NCBI GenBank assembly: GCA_043766715.1
Contig: JAYUHS010000176.1
Location: 15,379 to 79,378, forward strand
Direction of reading: 5' to 3'
From: Luteolibacter sp.
Lineage (GTDB): Bacteria; Verrucomicrobiota; Verrucomicrobiia; Verrucomicrobiales; Akkermansiaceae
Length of the DNA: 64,000 nt
Below the pieces are notes generated by a model. That model was not told the origin of the DNA. It saw only the letters and a program-made list of their open reading frames with translations, and made no database searches. Shown here piece after piece: positions 59,108 through 64,000 of the stretch. The number at the start of each line of letters is the position of its first letter. Position 1 is the stretch's first letter. Position numbers and translations under genes: made by a program.

Positions 59108-59159
59108 TTTTGTGAAGTGATAGATCAACTAAGTGGGAATTTGAATCGATGATAGAACT

Positions 59160-60317
59160 TTAGAACGAGAACCGGATGCCGGTAAGCAGTGTGGTGCCTT
59201 GGTAGGCTTCACCGTTCCCTTTGAGTTGCGCCCATTCTGCACCAGCGAGGACTTTGAGTTTATCGCCATAGATGAAGTATTGAACACCTCCATAAAAGGA
59301 ATTGTAGTTGTCGCCGCGAGCGCCGCCGGTGGCGATGGGTTTTTCGTAGCGGCTTTGTGCGATGACTCCCAGTGGACCTGCGCTGTTAGCATAAGAATAG
59401 CGACCTACGAGTTGGAGTTTTTTCGGAATGATATCGTAGGTGGGCTGAACGTAGAATCCGTAAACATCACTGTCATCGCCGTCTCCACCTGCCGCGAAGA
59501 AGCTTTCAAAAACGATTGCTGCGGCCTCTTGTTTCACTGCGAAGGTGGCGGAGACAATGTCGTCATAGCGGGCTAGAACGAAGTCACCAGCCTCCCGCTC
59601 GCTGTGTAACCAGTCGAGATGAATGTCTGCCTTCTCGGTGTGGAGAATTTCTTTGAGGTCGTAACCGACTCCCAAAGTTGTGGAAATTCCGCCATTTAAG
59701 TCGCCGAATTCACCATCGCCAAATGCGCCGCTTCCTCCAGTGTTGGTAGGTGTGTCATTGGAGTAAATGCCAGCGCGCCACGAGAATTCGTCTAGGCTAC
59801 CTTCTGCGGTGAATCCGGTTGCTCGGTTCACGCCGAGTTGGTTGAAAATTTGTGAGCGCTCAAAAGTCGGCTGGGTGTTAGTCGATTCTAGGAAATCATA
59901 TTGACCGATGAGTGGTTTCATTTTTCCCAGCGTAAAACTCAGCGATGAGGTGGGTTTCCAGCGAATGTAGGCATCTACGAGTCCATCATAGAAATCATTG
60001 AAACCGTCATTACTTTGAAAGTCTGCGCGAATTTCGATTTTCTTTTCGAAGAGTTTTGCATCGAAACCGAAACGCGACCGGCGGTCTTCCCAGTTACTCT
60101 GGCTGCCTTGGTCAGCATCCGTGTCCCAATATTGCCCCTGATAGCGGCCGCGTAGTTTAAATTCTTCGAGAATGGGGTTAGCATCGTTTTTATAGAGGGT
60201 GGCATAGCTCCACCATTCGTCGAGGGTGTGAGTGAGAGGATCTTCGGCAGCTAAGGATGTAGAAATGCCGGTGGTGAGACTTAATAAAAGAGCCGATGCT
60301 GAGCGGGATAGTTTCAT
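59160..60317 (-). CDS. Outer-membrane porin (OprO/P-like anion porin candidate)
   Basis: 385 aa with a signal peptide, alternating beta-strand pattern and a C-terminal ...GIRFSF. It is the first gene of the sulfate uptake operon. Confidence 0.6.
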   Translation of the reverse strand: MKLSRSASALLLSLTTGISTSLAAEDPLTHTLDEWWSYATLYKNDANPILEEFKLRGRYQGQYWDTDADQGSQSNWEDRRSRFGFDAKLFEKKIEIRADFQSNDGFNDFYDGLVDAYIRWKPTSSLSFTLGKMKPLIGQYDFLESTNTQPTFERSQIFNQLGVNRATGFTAEGSLDEFSWRAGIYSNDTPTNTGGSGAFGDGEFGDLNGGISTTLGVGYDLKEILHTEKADIHLDWLHSEREAGDFVLARYDDIVSATFAVKQEAAAIVFESFFAAGGDGDDSDVYGFYVQPTYDIIPKKLQLVGRYSYANSAGPLGVIAQSRYEKPIATGGARGDNYNSFYGGVQYFIYGDKLKVLAGAEWAQLKGNGEAYQGTTLLTGIRFSF

Positions 60318-60360
60318 ATGAGTTAATGTTTGAGTTAGGTAGTGGGAGAGAACTTGTAGT

Positions 60361-60479
60361 TAGAAATAAAAAAGAGACCGACGGTCCGAGAGGATAGGAT
60401 ATACAAAGTTCGGGAGATGCTCTGGGCATCGCGAATCTCGTATGTTTCCAAGTCCTCCGGTGGTCCGGTCGGTCTCTTT
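60361..60479 (-). terminator. Long-stem structured element ending in a U-run (terminator or structured leader/sRNA)
   Basis: Perfect 12-bp arms at 60371-60382 (aaagagaccgac) and 60468-60479 (gtcggtctcttt) enclose ~85 nt with further internal pairing. On the minus strand the 3' arm is followed by UUUUUUAUUU. Confidence 0.45.
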
Positions 60480-60502
60480 GGTGTGGACGGGCTAAGCCCG
60501 AT

Positions 60503-60709
60503 TTAATGAGATGATTTCACTTGGGGCGCTTCTTGAGGCGCGGGAACAATGCGTGTTTTCTCAACACTTTCGACTTGGGTGACACGGCCATCGTGAACCG
60601 TGATTTGGACTGAGCCGAAGCGAAGGTTGCCAACATTTTTCCTAACGATCTCAAGCCATTCAGTTGGTGTGTTTTCGTTAGCTGGACTGTCAGAGAGATT
60701 CGAGCTCAT
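60503..60709 (-). CDS. YezD/DUF2292 family small protein
   Basis: ATG at 60707-60709. WLEIVRKNVGNLRFGSVQITVHDGRVTQVESVEKTRI matches the DUF2292 pattern. Overlaps the Rrf2 gene's 3' end by 20 nt. Confidence 0.65.
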   Translation of the reverse strand: MSSNLSDSPANENTPTEWLEIVRKNVGNLRFGSVQITVHDGRVTQVESVEKTRIVPAPQEAPQVKSSH

Positions 60710-61280
60710 GGGTATCTTGAGAGTGGGTTGCGAGTGCGGAAAGACCTGCCAAGAATCCATCCGCGGGGTCGGCTTTACGTTTCGGGGTAATTCCTGCGAT
60801 GGCGAAAGATTCTGCGGTGGCAAAGGGAGGGACGATCCCGTCGCGGCGCATTTTCCGTAGGGTAACCTCGACGACTTGGGCAACGGTGTAGCGGTCAAGA
60901 ATGTTGGCGATGGCATTTCGGACATCGATCATGATCATGCGCAGGCCACAATGGTCTTCGTCTGGACAAGAGCAGGGTTGGTAGGCATTTTCGCTGGCGC
61001 AGCAGATGGGAGCTAACCGGCCATCCATGAGGCGGACGATCTGCCCGATGCCGATCTCGTCGGCGGGCTTTGCGAGTGCGTAGCCGCCGAACTTGCCGCG
61101 ATGAGTCTCAACGACGCCGGCTTCGCGAAGTTCCTGCAAGATCCGTTCCACAAATTTCAATGGAAGGCGGTTGGCTTCTGCTAGCTCGGAACCTGAAACA
61201 GTTCCCCGACCGACTTCGGCTGCGATACCGAGATTGATCGTCGCTCGAAGCGCGTATTCAGATTTTTTGGAAAGATGCAT
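60690..61280 (-). CDS. Rrf2 family transcriptional regulator (Cys-rich, probable Fe-S type)
   Basis: ATG at 61278-61280. MHLSKKSEYALRATINLG...GGYALAKPADEIGIGQIVRLMDG is a canonical Rrf2 wHTH, with a Cys cluster (PICCASENAYQPCSCPDEDHC). Confidence 0.85.
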   Translation of the reverse strand: MHLSKKSEYALRATINLGIAAEVGRGTVSGSELAEANRLPLKFVERILQELREAGVVETHRGKFGGYALAKPADEIGIGQIVRLMDGRLAPICCASENAYQPCSCPDEDHCGLRMIMIDVRNAIANILDRYTVAQVVEVTLRKMRRDGIVPPFATAESFAIAGITPKRKADPADGFLAGLSALATHSQDTHELESL

Positions 61281-61591
61281 TCGCTTAACTGGATTTATTA
61301 GTAGGAGTTCGGCTGGGTTTGCCAAGGAAAAAATTTAAAAGATGTTTTAATGTCTTAAGCGATTGATAGTAAGTCGAATAAGAGTGAAAGTGCGCTCGAT
61401 AATCGCTGCCAAGAAGTGGCTTTTAACGATTCTATACCGAGGAGTATGGAATTTCAGAACCTTAAAAATTGGTGGGTGGTTGTGATTTGTGGAGCAGTCG
61501 GAGGCGAGTTCTGCGGGGAGATTCCGTAATGCGGGTGTTTGCGAGTTGTTTCCTATCAAGTTAGACGATATTTTTGCCGGAGAATTTGTTT

Positions 61592-62866
61592 ATGAGTGCC
61601 GCGCCCGAAAGCCCCTTCGACCTCGAGAGTCTAATTTCCCAAATTCATCGGTTGTTGGGAAATCGTCTGGATGGACCTACGTTGGAACAGGTTAGCGAGG
61701 TTTGTGAGGTGCTCTATGCCTCCAGCCTTTTGAAGGAAGAAGGGCGTGTGGTGAGGACACGGGTGATCATCGCGCCGCCGGATGCTTTTGTCGCGACGGA
61801 GGGACCGCCGGATGGCACTCACGCGGTGCGTTTCGCGGTTCCGCATGGGCTGACGGCAAATGAAATTAAGAGCCTGAGTCCTGCTGCGAGTTTTTTTCAC
61901 TCGGTGGTGGCGATTTGGCCGGACCGGGATCGTGGAATTAAAATCTGGGGAATTTTGAACACTGGGCCGCGCTGGCTAAATCGGGTGGCAGGCGGGCGAA
62001 AGGCGTTAGGAAATGAAATTCAATATCCAATCATTCATGTGCGTGATCCTGGTTGGTTGCTTTTTTACAATGGCTATCACTTGATGGCAGAGTGGCGGGG
62101 GCGTGAGTTTCATGGGCCGCGGATGGATGTTTTTCAGTCGCAGTTGTTGAGCGAGCGTTTCGCCGCTCATCGGCTGCGGCTGGTGGAAGAGTTGGTGGAG
62201 GGTTGCCTTCCGACGACGTTGGGCCACGAATCATACGCGGATCTGGCCCATTTGATTTCCCTTCAGTTTGTGAAGCGCATTATTAATCTCGTGCGCACCA
62301 GTGGTCATGGTGGAAGCATGGTCATCGTGCCGGCGAATATGGACGGGATGGAGGCGGCGACGAGCTGGATCGATTGTAAATACTCGGCGACGCCAGATGT
62401 CGCAGGGTTACGATTTAGGAGCTTGTTGCAATCGATCATCCGGCGGGTTGGGATGTTGTGTGTGGAGGACTCGACGGTGGAAGATGCATGGCATGTTTTC
62501 CGGAATACGAATGATCCGGAGCTGGATCGGCTCGAGGAGGCGTTCTTCGAACTCGCGCGGTTGTTCTCGGATTTAATGCAGGTGGATGGTGCATTGGTGC
62601 TGGATAAGCGGCTGGGGATTATTGGCTTCGGTGGGGAAATCCGGGTGGATCGGAATGTCCTGCAAGTGGGGCTTGCACACGATCTTGAGGGGAAAAATGT
62701 CACGCCGTGGAATGTGCAGAGTGATGGCACGCGGCACCGTTCGGTGTATCGATTGTGCTCGGTGGAGCCCGAAGTGATCGGATTCGTCATTTCACAGGAT
62801 AGTCATGTGCGGATGATAGCTAACGTGGACGACGCGGTAATTTTTTGGCCGCACACGGTGATTTGA
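61592..62866 (+). CDS. DAC (DisA_N, diadenylate-cyclase-like) domain protein with ~210-aa uncharacterised N-terminal domain
   Basis: C-terminal motifs GHGGSMVIVP, VDGALVLD and GTRHRSVYRL, then VIGFVISQDSHVRMI, matching the DGA/RHR pattern of DAC domains. The ATG is at 61592; the track start at 61574 is TTG. Confidence 0.6.
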   Translation: MSAAPESPFDLESLISQIHRLLGNRLDGPTLEQVSEVCEVLYASSLLKEEGRVVRTRVIIAPPDAFVATEGPPDGTHAVRFAVPHGLTANEIKSLSPAASFFHSVVAIWPDRDRGIKIWGILNTGPRWLNRVAGGRKALGNEIQYPIIHVRDPGWLLFYNGYHLMAEWRGREFHGPRMDVFQSQLLSERFAAHRLRLVEELVEGCLPTTLGHESYADLAHLISLQFVKRIINLVRTSGHGGSMVIVPANMDGMEAATSWIDCKYSATPDVAGLRFRSLLQSIIRRVGMLCVEDSTVEDAWHVFRNTNDPELDRLEEAFFELARLFSDLMQVDGALVLDKRLGIIGFGGEIRVDRNVLQVGLAHDLEGKNVTPWNVQSDGTRHRSVYRLCSVEPEVIGFVISQDSHVRMIANVDDAVIFWPHTVI

Positions 62867-62878
62867 GGTTGGTACTGC

Positions 62879-63333
62879 CTAGGAGTCTGTCGGACTTGGA
62901 GTCAAAATTCTGAGTTATTCCCTCTTCACGTGCGAATACAGGAAATGTCCCCTCGTTTCGTCAACATCGACCACGGCTCTCCCATGCTCTTGGCGCCCGA
63001 TCTGCGCGATTGGGTCTCAGCCGATCACATGGTCCACTTCATCATGGATGCGGCAAAAGCCTTAGATCTAAGTCTTGCTCGCACCAACCAACGCGGCACC
63101 GGTCACGCCCAATCCCTGCCCTCCATGATGCTCGGCCTGCTCATTGATTGCTACGCCACCGGAACACCCCAAAACGCCAAAACCTCAATTAATTGGCTAG
63201 ATTAAAATCAAACGATCGTTTTATTTTTGGCAAGACTCAGCAACACCGACCTTCCACGAGGAATAGTCGCAAGCACCTCAGGATCTACCAGTAGGTGATA
63301 TCATGGAAAAACCAAAATCCGACTGACTCCTAG
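62879..63333. mobile_element. Internally deleted IS remnant (IS1182/IS5-type N-terminal fragment) bounded by 15-bp terminal inverted repeats
   Basis: CTAGGAGTCTGTCGG (62879-62893) versus CCGACTGACTCCTAG (63319-63333) match at 14 of 15 positions as an inverted repeat. They enclose a 91-codon transposase N-terminal fragment. Confidence 0.6.
62930..63205 (+). pseudogene. Truncated transposase (DUF772-like N-terminal region only)
   Basis: MSPRFVNIDHGSPMLLAPDLRDWVSADHMVHFIMDAAKALDLS...SLPSMMLGLLIDCYATG is the N-terminal pattern of IS1182/IS5 transposases. No DDE domain follows. Confidence 0.6.
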
Positions 63334-63444
63334 AATCGAGGTATCAGGAAAGCGGTCGTTTGAAAGCCTTATCGTCGCTGGATAAATCCAGTCTCCGCCC
63401 CGCCTTAGACTTGCGCCGATGCGCTTGGGACTCCATGGGTGGGC

Positions 63445-64000
63445 ATGGACCGCTGGTTTCTACTTGCCGCCACCTTGCTCGCTGCCGTGGGCGGGACGTG
63501 GGGCATCATCTCGGTGCAGCGGGGCCGCCGCAGTCATCGCACCGTGGTCTGGATCGGCGCGGCGTTCCTCTGTCAGATCGGTTTCCTCGCAGTCCGGGGG
63601 GAAATGCGAAGTGCTTGTCCGCTGATGGACCGGGGGGAAATCCTCGCGTTTCTTGCATGGTCGCTGACGCTGTTTTACCTGCTGATCGGCCCGGCTTACC
63701 GGATCTCGCTGCTCGGAGTTTTCACGGCTCCGGTCGTCGTTTTGTTCCAAGCCCTCGCGCTGATTCCGGGCATCCTGACGCAGAATCCTGGAAAAATGGT
63801 CGGCGGAAATGCGTGGCATGAGACGCACTCGGCGACGTCGGTGCTAGCCTACGGTGCGCTGGCACTGGCCGCAGTGGCCGGGGTAATGTTTCTGGTGCTG
63901 GATCGGCAGCTTAAGGAACAGCAGTTAAAGGGTGGACTATTTCGAAATTTACCGCCCGTGCGGGACTTGCTGATCTCGCTGGAACGGCTGCTGTGGGTGG
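63445..64000 (+). CDS. Cytochrome c assembly family (CcsA/HemX/YpjD-like) membrane protein, partial
   Basis: Not in the track because it runs off the 3' edge. Manual translation from the ATG at 63445: MDRWFLLAATLLAAVGGTWGIISVQ...WHETHSATSVLAYGALALAAVAGVMFLVLDRQLKEQQLKGG... Confidence 0.55.
   Translation, partial: MDRWFLLAATLLAAVGGTWGIISVQRGRRSHRTVVWIGAAFLCQIGFLAVRGEMRSACPLMDRGEILAFLAWSLTLFYLLIGPAYRISLLGVFTAPVVVLFQALALIPGILTQNPGKMVGGNAWHETHSATSVLAYGALALAAVAGVMFLVLDRQLKEQQLKGGLFRNLPPVRDLLISLERLLWV

Overview
Visibly GC-rich chromosomal fragment of a Gram-negative bacterium. Prepilin-type 'type II secretion system protein' paralogs, TSP3-repeat exoproteins, SHD1-like and ThuA-like proteins suggest Verrucomicrobiota/PVC, but that is inference only. 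Every annotation below comes from reading the translations and DNA by eye; no searches were run.

Layout:
(1) 1-18871: 21 co-directional minus-strand genes forming a type IV pilus/T2SS-like super-operon. It holds an ABC exporter, PilT, two tandem pilins, a PilM/N-like fusion, PilO- and PilP-like proteins, a secretin, a stand-alone T2SSE_N protein, the PilB/GspE ATPase, PilC/GspF and a minor pseudopilin. It then runs into a chain of unclassifiable, translationally coupled genes, DUF3108, and a GT-C-like membrane glycosyltransferase that runs off the window edge.
(2) 19-43.7 kb: housekeeping genes (gatCA, proC, bamD-like, lptE-like, gltB, hisBH) mixed with exoproteins, a ParA-like pair and a REP-like palindromic repeat cluster.
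(3) 43.8-44.1 kb: a strictly phased 21-bp tandem array.
(4) 45.0-55.2 kb: a visibly AT-richer island. It carries an XRE regulator, two coupled secreted proteins, a 1832-aa RHS/YD-repeat polymorphic toxin with an N-terminal anchor + TPR + C39-type peptidase signature, a 62-aa membrane immunity candidate, an orphan rhs-tip/toxin cassette and a SUKH-like immunity gene. This island is the best candidate for an undescribed delivery/toxin system.
(5) 55.2-61.3 kb: a sulfate uptake operon (porin-sbp-cysTWA) with a divergent Rrf2/YezD pair.
(6) 61.6-64.0 kb: a DAC-domain (diadenylate-cyclase-like) protein with an unknown N-terminal domain, a TIR-flanked IS remnant and a partial CcsA/HemX-like gene.

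No rRNA, tRNA or CRISPR array was recognised.
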